The notes under the pieces: model-generated
What the model was told of the DNA's origin: nothing
Databases searched by the model: none
Seen by the model: the letters and a program-made list of their open reading frames with translations, nothing else
Origin: Andalucia godoyi And28
Lineage: Eukaryota; Protista; Jakobida
Direction of reading: 5' to 3'
NCBI GenBank assembly: GCA_009859145.1
Contig: VRVR01000041.1
Coordinates: forward strand, 81,266 to 145,265
Length of the DNA: 64,000 nucleotides
In this document: piece after piece, positions 54,267 through 64,000 of the stretch
Layout of the letters: the number at the start of each line of letters is the position of its first letter
How positions within the stretch are numbered: position 1 is the stretch's first letter
Made by a program: the position numbers and the translations under genes

Positions 54267-55436
54267 TTACTGAATCCAGCAAGACGGGAATCTCCGTTTC
54301 TTCTCGTTCAGTCTACCCAGCACGTACTCGTCCGCACGCTCAAGGGCTCGGTACAGCACTTTGAGAGCAAGCCTATCGCAGGTCTTGTCACTTTGGAGAA
54401 AATCCACATAGTTTTGCACAGGCAACACATCAGCGAATTCGGCTTGCAAATCTCTCATAACCTGCGCCTTCTTGTCCTCCACAAGGCCTACGGATGCAAA
54501 CGTATCGTTTGTTGCACCCGCATGACAGTCGATTTTGGTGATGGCAAACACCGGATGGTAGCCCATCTCGCGCACAGTCTTGACGAGCCGAGCCAGTGCA
54601 GGGGATATCGTGGTCGCATTCGCAGGAAGTACAATCACAACACCGTGTGGGACGGCTGATATCCCTGGTGGCTGATCTGGGCTCCTGCATGAGGGATCCA
54701 GAATCTGCGCTCGATTAAGCGTAAAAAGAAATCGGAATGTGTCCCATAGAGTGTAGCTCGTGTATGGGCACGATAGAATTTCTCGGTTGGGTCGCACAAG
54801 CCCGTACATGACATGCTGCATATGAGTCAGATACTCTCTTTCATTCTCATCTCCATTAATATTGGACGACATGGACACGATTCCCTTGCTGTCATATGCT
54901 AGAATTGTAGCACTGATTACAGGATCTGCAGCATTCTCGCATTCCCCACACTCTTCCATATGCTCTTCGCCGCTCCCACTGCTTGCATGACTACCGCTAT
55001 CGCCGTTGTCGTGATGAAGATGAAGATGATTCTCGGAAACTTTGGATGCTTGACCGTTGGGGACCTGTGATGAATCTGAAAGCGCAGAGACTGCACGTGG
55101 AATTCCAATTGCGGATGCCCGATCCTTTGCATTCACTCCAAACGGCTGGTACTTCTTTGTAGTGGAGAATGTCTGGAACAGAAACGGTCGGCCGACTGCC
55201 GCAATAGGTTCTCTATTCTCATCTTCCGGATGCAGCGCACGATACCATGTCGACACAAGCGATGATTTTCCAGCACCCGCCTCGCCCACCAAGAGAATAT
55301 TCATATGACTCAGTTCATCCTTTCCGGAAAGTTGCGACAAAAGATGCGCCCGAGCAGGAACATCCGTCAGCAACAAACAAAGCGGACTGTACGACAACAG
55401 CAAATCTCGCAGATCATCCGTCGACACCCGATCCAT
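54267..55436 (-). CDS. IFI44/IFI44L-like P-loop GTPase
   Basis: G1 GEAGAGKSS, G2 STTKKY, G3 DSKG, G4 ITKID, PHGVVIV, LPVQNY and ALERADE; ends KKRRFPSCWIQ. Confidence 0.75.
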   Translation of the reverse strand: MDRVSTDDLRDLLLSYSPLCLLLTDVPARAHLLSQLSGKDELSHMNILLVGEAGAGKSSLVSTWYRALHPEDENREPIAAVGRPFLFQTFSTTKKYQPFGVNAKDRASAIGIPRAVSALSDSSQVPNGQASKVSENHLHLHHDNGDSGSHASSGSGEEHMEECGECENAADPVISATILAYDSKGIVSMSSNINGDENEREYLTHMQHVMYGLVRPNREILSCPYTSYTLWDTFRFLFTLNRAQILDPSCRSPDQPPGISAVPHGVVIVLPANATTISPALARLVKTVREMGYHPVFAITKIDCHAGATNDTFASVGLVEDKKAQVMRDLQAEFADVLPVQNYVDFLQSDKTCDRLALKVLYRALERADEYVLGRLNEKKRRFPSCWIQ

Positions 55437-55507
55437 ACTGAGGTTGCTGTCCCAAACGTCCGAACCGCAAACGATGTGAAACTAACAAGCCAACACACAG
55501 CGTGATG

Positions 55508-55870
55508 AAATTACTACCCTCCAACTCCACACCTCGCCAGATTTCTGTCGCTCCCACAGCTGTCTTGTTCAGAATGTATTTTCTTTTCCAAAAAGCATAC
55601 TTTCGATCCGGGCAACAGCACCAATCCAATGAGCATTTCTGCGTTGGGCGATATTGGCGAGTCTGCGCAACAGATCGAAAAATTTTCGGACTCTTCTTTC
55701 TTTGAGCCTCCAGTTTCAGTTCCACTGTAGTTCAGTTAAAATCAAAGATGGAGCATGTCGTGTCTTACCGCTTTTTCTGTCATCGCGACTCGAGTGTAAC
55801 CAAGAAACCAGTGCACGAGCAGAGCGCCTGGGTCTACCTCGCATGCTTCACTAAACGTAGGACAGCCGAA
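55508..55870 (-). pseudogene. C-terminal TnpB/Fanzor-like relic (copy 8) with 3' tail
   Basis: The tail 55666-55508 is homologous to 50807-50642. Upstream, one frame gives weak RLVKHAR, GFLVTLES, TTCSI and SPKIF motifs. Confidence 0.45.
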
Positions 55871-56632
55871 GAGGAATTGACAGACATCTCAACGAACAAC
55901 CACATCTACCCCCTCCCCGAGAGCTCTTGTGGAAACGGTGCCTGATAAAGGGAGGAAAAAACAATAAGAGAAGGAGAGGGCAGGAAAAGCAACAAAAAAA
56001 AAAAAGGAAACCGAAGTTCCTCCAACGATTCGATTCGACCCGAGAAGAAACCTCTCTCCAACACAAAGAAACTCTTCGTTTTCTGATTTCCTCTAAAAAA
56101 CCAAACGTGTTATTATTTTTATTATCATTATTATTATTATTGTTTCTTCTTTGTTCGCCTGATTCACAACGGGAATTCATCATCGTACTCGTTATTTATA
56201 ATTATATTGATTCTATTATATTTTGTATCAAGAAGAAAATCATTAGGTAGTGGGGGAGGATTTTTTTTTTTTTTTTTTTTTGCAAAGGTCTGTTGGTCAT
56301 TTGGACCGCGTCTGCAGAAAGAAAAGAGAAGAAGAAGAACGTCATCGACGAGATCGACAACCAATACAACCGTCATATTCAGAATCACGATCTGGGCTAG
56401 GATCACGATCACCATCAGAGTCAAGGTTTCAGTACTCTCTTGACGCGTCCCTTTTCTTTTCCTTCCTCTTCTTCCTCTTCTTCTGCTTGTTGTTGTTTTG
56501 GTTTCTTAACTGCTATTGCCTTTTTTGAAATCCTGTGATTGCTCTCGTCTTGGTAGCCGCTGCACCGTGTTGTTCTTTTTCATTTGTTGCATTGCTAAGA
56601 TTGTTTTGGTCGGGACGGGGAGATACATGTAA

Positions 56633-59359
56633 ATGGGGTGTGGATCTTCAAAGGCTGGCTCGGAGCCTTCGGATAGCCCGCAGCCGCAGTATCAAAAGAG
56701 CGAGAACTCGACAACGGCGGTGAACTCAGAGTCTTCTGATCAGCAGCAACAGTCACAGTGCCGACACGGGTCAAGCCAAGAATTCGCACAGCATGAAGAG
56801 ACGGAGTCCGAGACAGTGTCTGGAAGGTCAAAATCGTTGACTGCGACTGATGACCGAGTTTTCCAAACTGCAGTCACGGAAATTGCGGATGAAGACTGTG
56901 AGGACGAGCGGTCCATGTCTTCCTTGTCCACGACGAACACGGTGGACGCGGATGATGGACTGGCATACATTACAGAGGAAATGAGGCTCCGCTGCGAGGG
57001 GAAATACGGACTGATTGCGAATACGCTTGAGCAAACGACGCTCTGTTATGATTTGCAGCGCGAATTGTTCTCGTATGGTTTTTCAAGAGTCCTTAACTTC
57101 CCGCTTGACCAAATCATCAATCATGTGGACCACTTTCAGCAAAGCTATTATCTGCAGGCCACGTACGATATCATTGTTATCGTTGAAGAGGAGGCTGATT
57201 TGATCTCCGACGAGCATGTGAGGTGGAGTGAGCGGCTCTTAGATTCCTGTGATACCAGACATCGTGCAGTCCGCGAGATTGAAAAGCAAGCAGCAGCTTC
57301 ACAGGCGCTTCTGGCATCGAATTCACGTCCCTCATCACACGGGCTGCTCACAACTGGCCTGTCGGAGTGCTCCGGGGGCGGTGATGATGCATCGACACAA
57401 GTTTTGCATTCAGATGCTTCCTCCTTGTATTTTAACGCAACCGGCGATAGTCCTTTGCAGAGCTATGGCGGAAGCATTCCGGAGACATCGGTGCTCCCCC
57501 CAGAAGTCAGCATGGACATGGGAACTCCAGACTCGACTCCGAATATCGCTTCGAAAGTCACCTCTCCAAGCCATGAATCGCAGCTCTTGTCTCTTAACAG
57601 TGGTTCAGATCCCAACTTCCTCGCCGCGTCTTCCCCAACCCAAGTTCCACAAGTTCGGTATCCATCCAAGGGTAGTACCGATTCGACTGGTACTCCGATT
57701 AACGGTCGTGGAGGTGAAGGCATTGAGGACAGAAGGCCATCCACTACTCGGTCACGAAAGGGGTCGGTGACCAAGCAGACCAACAAAGTGACAAGAGGAC
57801 GCGCCATGTCTGGTGCAAAGTTTTTGAACGAATACATTGTGCTGGAGAAGCTTGGAAAAGGTGCATACGGAAAAGTGAAGAAGGTTCAGAACAAGGATAA
57901 CTCCAAAGTCCTGGCGATGAAAATAGTCAACAAAGAAGCGTTGAAGAGACGAAGAAAAATGGGAGGAGGGAATGCTTTCCAAGATGTGCAGCGAGAGATT
58001 GCAATTTGGCAAAAGTTGGACCACGACCACTGTGTGCATCTGTATGAAGTCATTGATGATCCGGACGCGGAGGAGCTGTACATGATTACAGATTTCATGT
58101 CCGGTGGTCCGATTGCGAAGCTTAATGGCGACGGCACTGTATGTGGTGGGCCGCTTCCGGAAGCGCGAGTTCGGGAAATGCTTCAGGACATTTTACTCGG
58201 TCTTGAGTATTTGCATGCAAATGACGTTGTCCATCGGGATATCAAACCGGAAAACCTGCTTTTAGATTCTCGCAGCAGAGTTCGTCTTGTTGACTTTGGC
58301 GTGTCTTTCTTGTGTGATGACGGCGACGATCGAGTGTCACAGTCGTACGGGACGCCTGCCTTTATGGCCCCCGAAGCTTGCAAGGGTGGCACGTATCAAG
58401 GAAGACCGACCGACATTTGGGCCTTGGGGGTTACTGTGTTCGCGCTGCTTGTCGGCCGACTGCCATTTTATGGGAACAACACAATGGCAATCTACAAGGC
58501 TATCCAGAATCTTGATGTTTCGTTTCCCGATTCGTTTCACAACCCGGATTTCCAGGCGTTGGCAGTTCGATTCCTTGACAAAGATCCGTCGACTCGAATT
58601 ACCATCGACGAACTTAAGAAGGACCCTTGGGTGACCAATCATGGTGCCTGGATGGCCCCGTCTCTGGAAGAGCATTCCGGCACATTGGTGAATGTTTCCG
58701 AGGAGGATATCGCCAACGCAGTGTCGAAGCGTGGCATTGTTCTTCTGGATCGTTTCGGTACGATCATGAAGGCCGTGAATCAGTTCAGAAAGCGTGCGCA
58801 GTCTGCGCGCAGACGATCGAGTGGCGGCAAAGGGGCTCTTGTTCCTCCAACCATGGCGCTGACAGAGCGTGGCGCGACACCGACACCGTCTCCCAATGAC
58901 GTTTCTGTGGCGCTTGCGAAATCGATTATGCACCTCGTTCTTGTTACGCCTTTTGGCATCAGGAAACCGTACTGGAAGAATCTTCTTGTCCGACAATGGA
59001 ACTGCAACCTGATCCAAACGAACGCACCCGCGGATCCGTCTTTTGCTGATGTTCCCTGTGAAGTTCGCGGTCCGATGCGTGCTACGGGGGTTGACCTCAA
59101 CGAGAAGCTGACGGTCGTCAATTTTAACCTCATGGAGCATTTTTCATTCGACCGACGAGAATTCTTGAGTGCTGTTGAAGTTGCTTTGGAATCAAGACAG
59201 CGATTGAGAATCCTGACGACGGCTGTCAACAGCGAGGTCCCGTCGCCTGCGTCACGTATGGTGAGAGTTCGTCCGCCGAGTATGTCCGGGGATAATTCAA
59301 GTGCCTTTTCAAGCACGGCAGGTTTCGAAAGCGGCGCAGATGCGGAGGATGAGTCATAG
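56633..59359 (+). CDS. CaMKK/SnAK-like Ser/Thr kinase with N-terminal acylation motif
   Basis: MGCGSS N-terminus; LGKGAYGKV, AMK, VIDDP..EELY, HRDIKPENLL, DFG, GTPAFMAPE, DIWALG. Confidence 0.9.
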   Translation: MGCGSSKAGSEPSDSPQPQYQKSENSTTAVNSESSDQQQQSQCRHGSSQEFAQHEETESETVSGRSKSLTATDDRVFQTAVTEIADEDCEDERSMSSLSTTNTVDADDGLAYITEEMRLRCEGKYGLIANTLEQTTLCYDLQRELFSYGFSRVLNFPLDQIINHVDHFQQSYYLQATYDIIVIVEEEADLISDEHVRWSERLLDSCDTRHRAVREIEKQAAASQALLASNSRPSSHGLLTTGLSECSGGGDDASTQVLHSDASSLYFNATGDSPLQSYGGSIPETSVLPPEVSMDMGTPDSTPNIASKVTSPSHESQLLSLNSGSDPNFLAASSPTQVPQVRYPSKGSTDSTGTPINGRGGEGIEDRRPSTTRSRKGSVTKQTNKVTRGRAMSGAKFLNEYIVLEKLGKGAYGKVKKVQNKDNSKVLAMKIVNKEALKRRRKMGGGNAFQDVQREIAIWQKLDHDHCVHLYEVIDDPDAEELYMITDFMSGGPIAKLNGDGTVCGGPLPEARVREMLQDILLGLEYLHANDVVHRDIKPENLLLDSRSRVRLVDFGVSFLCDDGDDRVSQSYGTPAFMAPEACKGGTYQGRPTDIWALGVTVFALLVGRLPFYGNNTMAIYKAIQNLDVSFPDSFHNPDFQALAVRFLDKDPSTRITIDELKKDPWVTNHGAWMAPSLEEHSGTLVNVSEEDIANAVSKRGIVLLDRFGTIMKAVNQFRKRAQSARRRSSGGKGALVPPTMALTERGATPTPSPNDVSVALAKSIMHLVLVTPFGIRKPYWKNLLVRQWNCNLIQTNAPADPSFADVPCEVRGPMRATGVDLNEKLTVVNFNLMEHFSFDRREFLSAVEVALESRQRLRILTTAVNSEVPSPASRMVRVRPPSMSGDNSSAFSSTAGFESGADAEDES

Positions 59360-59734
59360 CCATAGTCTAATATGCGCGTCTGCATCGATATATATTCGCA
59401 TGTCGATACCGCTTGTCTCGCGCAAAAAATGGATTGTCTGTATTGCATCCCAGTGCCTTACGAGGCTGACTGGACGGCCAACAGCTTTCTCTTTAATTAC
59501 TGCGCAATGTTTTTCTTTCTTTTCTTTTCATATTAGGAATCAGCTCCCGAGTCCCCTCCTCCTCCTTGGTCTGGACGAGTGCTCAAGTCAGATGCAAATT
59601 CACCGTGACAAGAAAAAAGAAAAGAGAATGAAATCTTAAATTAAAAAAAAACTGAAAAAAAATAACATTGTGATTCCCTCCGGGGCTATATCAGAGAGTA
59701 AGAAAGGAGGAGGAGGCAATTGCGGAAGAACTGC

Positions 59735-62700
59735 TCACCGATGCTTCCTGGATATTCCAGCTCCACGCGCAACCGTCTTTCGCTTCGCGAGTCCCTTCTT
59801 TGGAACTCGAGGATTGTGTGTAGAAGGCCCATCAAGCGCAGAGAAAGACGCACTTTCAGGAAGGTGCTTCGGCAGCGCGACATCAGATGCTTTTTGTTCT
59901 CGATCAGCAAAATCATTTCGAGTACCAACCCTGGTTCCTCCCACTGAGCGAAGTGGAGGAACTTGGGCAATCGAACGAATAAAACTATCCGTGAACGGCG
60001 AGAATCGCTTCCTTGACGTAGTTGCCGCCGGAGGTGGAGCCGCGGGCGGACCGTGTGACGAAGTCAGCGCCGCCGGTCTTTCATCAGCTTCAGGAGTTGC
60101 AAACCCCGAATACGTACAGTCTTCCTGAACACTAACACTCGGCGCATGTGCCGCAGAATGGGACGCCCGATGTTGCACAGAGTCTGCTCTGGATCTTGAC
60201 TCTTTGTTGTCGTTGCAATGACTTTCACCGGCACTCTGTTCATGTAAGGCCGGCGCTGATTCCTCGGAGCTCGCGCAAGGAGCTTCTACGTCATGGGAAG
60301 AGCCTGCATGCAATTCGAGCACTGATGGATCGTGATTGACAATTTCAGCAGGAGTCATCGTCGCAGATGATTCATTTCGACGTGGTTCCTCAAAAACGGA
60401 AAACATAGGTTGTGTGGTGTCGTCAGAATTGTCAGGAATCACAGGACACGAAGAATCATCAATCGCGGATTGCGCAATACTCGCAGAACAACTTTCGGTA
60501 CCTTGGGGGCCCGCATAAGCAGGTTCTGTTCTATGTTGATCCTCCACCACAGAAGGGGGTATACTTGCGGGCGGATACAGACTGGAGGACGATACATCCA
60601 CTGCCGGAGGTAAGGAAGCCGAAAGAGCCGCATTCTCCCAAACCTCGCTGGAATCCCGTTTCGATACGTTTTGCAAAGGATTGCTAGTTTGGAGATATGT
60701 GCTTGGAGGAGACTGAACCGAAATCGTGCATGCACGTGGCGAAAGTTGAGGAGTTCGCAAATCATGACGAACAGTAGCCACAGACATTAGAAGCGCATTT
60801 CGGAAATCATGAACAGCCAATGGGTTTGGGTGTAATTTCAGCCTAGAAACAGGGATGACCGAAGACGATCCTATATGTACTGAGGTCGGAGAGTAACAGG
60901 GAGAAAGTGAGGACTTGCTGCTGCAGACCGCCAACCCACCAGCTGCATTTTCAACCGAATATTTCGAATTCCAGGAAACCGGACACGGACCTATCGACTG
61001 CGGTTGCCAAACCTGTTCATCACTCGGAAAGACGGACTTCTCTGAAACCCTTTGCAGGGGCGACCGGACGGAATCATCTGCGATGACACGAGAACGTCCG
61101 GATTTCGCCGATTTACGGTTTCTAATGCGACCCACGACTTTCAACAAGAATGCGATTAGTCCCGAAACGTACCGGTATGCAGAGGAAATCAGGCGAAACA
61201 CCGAAACACCGAGATTGAGCAAAACAATAGCCGCATCCATAACAGCCAGAACGAAAGAAACATTGCTACTTCTATTGTTGTCTCTTGACACGCCAATCAT
61301 GGAGAATAATATCAGCAATTGAATAGAATCGACAGAACTGTTGGCAACATTGATGAAATTGTCAAGAGATTCTTCAGCAGGACATGCAACCAAGAAAAAC
61401 AAACTTCGGATAACCGAAAACGAAAGTGCAAGGCAGATCTGGGTATCTTGACTAATGGTTTGATTCATTCCAAACACGACGATGAGCGCGTCAACAAAGA
61501 ACACAAACATCATGAAAAGATGCGTCCACCAGTATTGTGGTTTGAAATCGAACATTTCCAAATCCCATTGAGCATCAATGGAGTCATGTGGCGGACGGAA
61601 CCTTAGGGTTGGCAGTAACCAATAAACGACTAACAGACTATACAACACCACGGAAAGAACGGTTAATAACACTTCACCCCAACCGCGATCCTTGAAGCTT
61701 TCACTGAGAGTGAGCAGGACAGCGATGGATAAACTGTATGTCATGCCAAACATCATCGAAAAGTAAAACCCTCGAAAAAAGATCCACGATTTGTGCGGCA
61801 AATGAAGGGATGCGAAGGATACATTTGAATTCTCCACGTAAATCCGCAGTAAACAAGCAACGCACAATGCAGCCAAAAAAGTGCAGTGTAAAGCAGCAAG
61901 CAGGAGTAGTATCAACGCTGCATTGGCTATTTGATAAACGAGGATGTAGCGATACGCACTCATGGTATCCAACAGATACAGCTTCAAATTCGAGCTCTTT
62001 TCGGGATCACCAGCATCTTGCTCATCGGGGGGTGCCAAACCGAATGCACTCTCGAGAAAATCGTTCCAGAAAGGCGCCTGAAAGTTGAACGCTGCAAGCC
62101 CAACGCTCTCTATAAACTGAATGTACCATAACGGAAAACCAACCCTGAAGCATGCCATTCGAATAATTGACTGCGTGACACCGAACATGTTTAGAAATCC
62201 TCCCATGCTGAGAGAAGCAACAGAACCCGCAATGGCATCCTTCGACGCACCTTCTGATGGAAGAATCAACATTGGAGGCACAGTGGTTTCCGGAGCGAAA
62301 TTCGGAGCCGAGTCGTTGCAGATCACTCCTTGCCAACCAACAACACAAACGCACTGCCCGGTTCCAGAAATTCCAGCATCGCACAGACCATGAACACACC
62401 GTGGACAGATCGTACAGTTCGTTGAATAATAATCTGAAGCACATTGGTCGCAATATTCGGAGCCCTCTGCAGAAGAAAAGCCTGTCGGACATGAAATACA
62501 CCTGGATCCATTGGTAGAAAACATTCCGGCAGGGCAGCGAACACACGAGTCGAGGAAAAACGAAGGTGACAGACCAGACTCACATGGTCGGCAGATAAAG
62601 CCAGTTGAAACATTGGAGTACGTGCCAGCAGGGCAGTCGACGCAATGGGATCGATCCGAAGAAGAAGTCGTACCGGCATAGCATTGAGTGCATAAATTCT

Positions 62701-64000
62701 TCGACGAAATGTTTGAGAAATAGGAAGCTTCGCATGTCATACATTGGGGGGCTCCGTACCCGCTGGACATTCCGGCCGGGCAGGCTAAACAATACTCAGG
62801 CCCTCTGGAAGCAGAAGTACTCACGAATGTTCCCGGTGGGCATGAGGTGCAGCCAGTTGAATTCTCGTACGACCATGTGCCATTCGCGCAAACCTCGCAA
62901 TCTTGGAGACGCGCGGCACCACGTTGTGAACCAGACGTCCCCGGCGGACATCCACGACACGTATCACTATGATTAGCGCCAGGAGTGTCGGACCACGATC
63001 CCGCGGGACACGGTTCGCAAAAGTTTGCAGATGAAGCGCTAGTGACGGCGCTGAAGGTGCCAGCAGGACAAGGAATGCAAGTGGACGCATTTGTGGCTGC
63101 CAGGGAATCACTGTATGTTCCCGGTGGACACGAAACACACGAATTAGCAGCAGAATGAGACCACGTACCAGCAGGGCAAATCAAGCATGTATCGTTCGAA
63201 ATGGAATGCAGAGCAGTGCTGTACGTGCCTCCGCGACACGGGATGCAGTCACTCAACGATGTTCCACCGGGATCCGCTCTAAAGGTTCCGCGTGGGCAGT
63301 CTAAACACGACAAAATACTTCCCGCGCCCTGCACAGGCGAGTATGTTCCGGGAGGGCAGAGCAGGCAGGCAGACGAAACGGATGCGCGCGTTGTAGGACT
63401 GTATGAGCCCGCTGCACATGGCGTGCAGTTCGCAGAGCGAGCAGGCGACCAGCTTCCAAGACCGCACTCCAAGCACGTACTATTCGTCGTAGCACCGACC
63501 GTAGCGCTCGCTGTTCCAGCAGGACACAAAATACAAGAGTTCAAAGATGACGCCCCTTCAATTCCGCTGTAGGTTCCTGCCGGACATGATAGGCAAAGCA
63601 ACGACGACGATGCGCTGGTTGTGTTAGAAAACGTCCCGGCAGCGCACTGCGTGCATGTCGCCGATCCCGCCACCGACCACGTCCCCGCCCCGCACGTCAC
63701 ACACGACAGCGACGACGACGCACCCAGCGCTGCACTGGCGGTTCCCGCAAGACACTGCGTGCACGTGCTGCCCGATGTCGCACCCTGCACTGTTGAATAC
63801 GTCCCCGCCCCGCACTGTGTGCACGTCGACACAGTACACTGACTCCCGATGCTGCGCTGACGTTCCGGCTAGCGCACTGCGTGCATGTCGCCGATCCCGC
63901 CACCGACCACGTCCCCGCCCGCACGTCACACACGACAGCGACGACGACGCACCCAGCGCTGCACGTGGACGTTCCGCAACGACACTGCGTGCACGTGCTG
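59735..64000 (-). CDS. Cys-rich (GCC2/GCC3, ephrin-receptor-like repeat) surface protein with EGF and multi-TM module; 5' end frameshifted or beyond the window
   Basis: More than 20 C..CPAGT(Y/W/F)S repeats, CVHGLCDAGISGTGQCVCVVGWQG EGF unit and TM helices. The repeat pattern continues past 63832 with indels. Confidence 0.85.

Noticed and set aside
55560-55620. 37-nt intron or spliced-leader/Sm-site RNA (GTATGC..TTTTTGG..AG on the minus strand) in repeat A
   Set aside because: The other copy has GTGTCT at the would-be donor, and the position 3' of RuvC remnants explains the repeat better. It cannot be fully excluded without RNA data.
1-64000. tRNA/rRNA genes, intact transposase (TnpA, serine recombinase, DDE, RT), and the many short antisense ORFs in the track
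   Set aside because: No cloverleaf, rRNA or transposase motifs were found by eye. The short ORFs overlap longer genes on the other strand or translate simple repeats.

Overview
Gene-dense, intron-poor nuclear DNA of a unicellular eukaryote. It uses the standard code, and NDUFA6 implies an aerobic mitochondrion; the taxon cannot be established from this sequence. The window holds about 25 protein genes, mostly single-exon housekeeping or signalling genes: SGPL1, NDUFA6, a type II peroxiredoxin, a RhoGAP, ubiquilin, NOL10, GPN3, SIW14, an RluA synthase, COPE, a DPP-IV family peptidase, a CaMKK-like kinase and two large multi-TM surface proteins. Main hidden signal: most large intergenic gaps (about 8-9, 18.4-19.5, 28.4-29.1, 42.2-42.6, 50.6-52.3 and 55.5-55.9 kb) appear to be decayed relics of a TnpB/Fanzor (Fanzor2/IS607-like) RNA-guided nuclease. 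They are visible only by reading through stops and frameshifts. Two pairs of relics share conserved, partly structured 3' tails ending at fairly sharp homology boundaries, as expected for an omegaRNA/element right end. No intact Fanzor ORF or transposase is present. All family assignments come from by-eye motif recognition and need HMM confirmation. Other notable genes: a GPI-anchored His-brace (LPMO-like) protein, a prokaryote-type channel, an IFI44-like GTPase with a CaaX end, and a kinase flanked by two pseudo-receiver-like domains.
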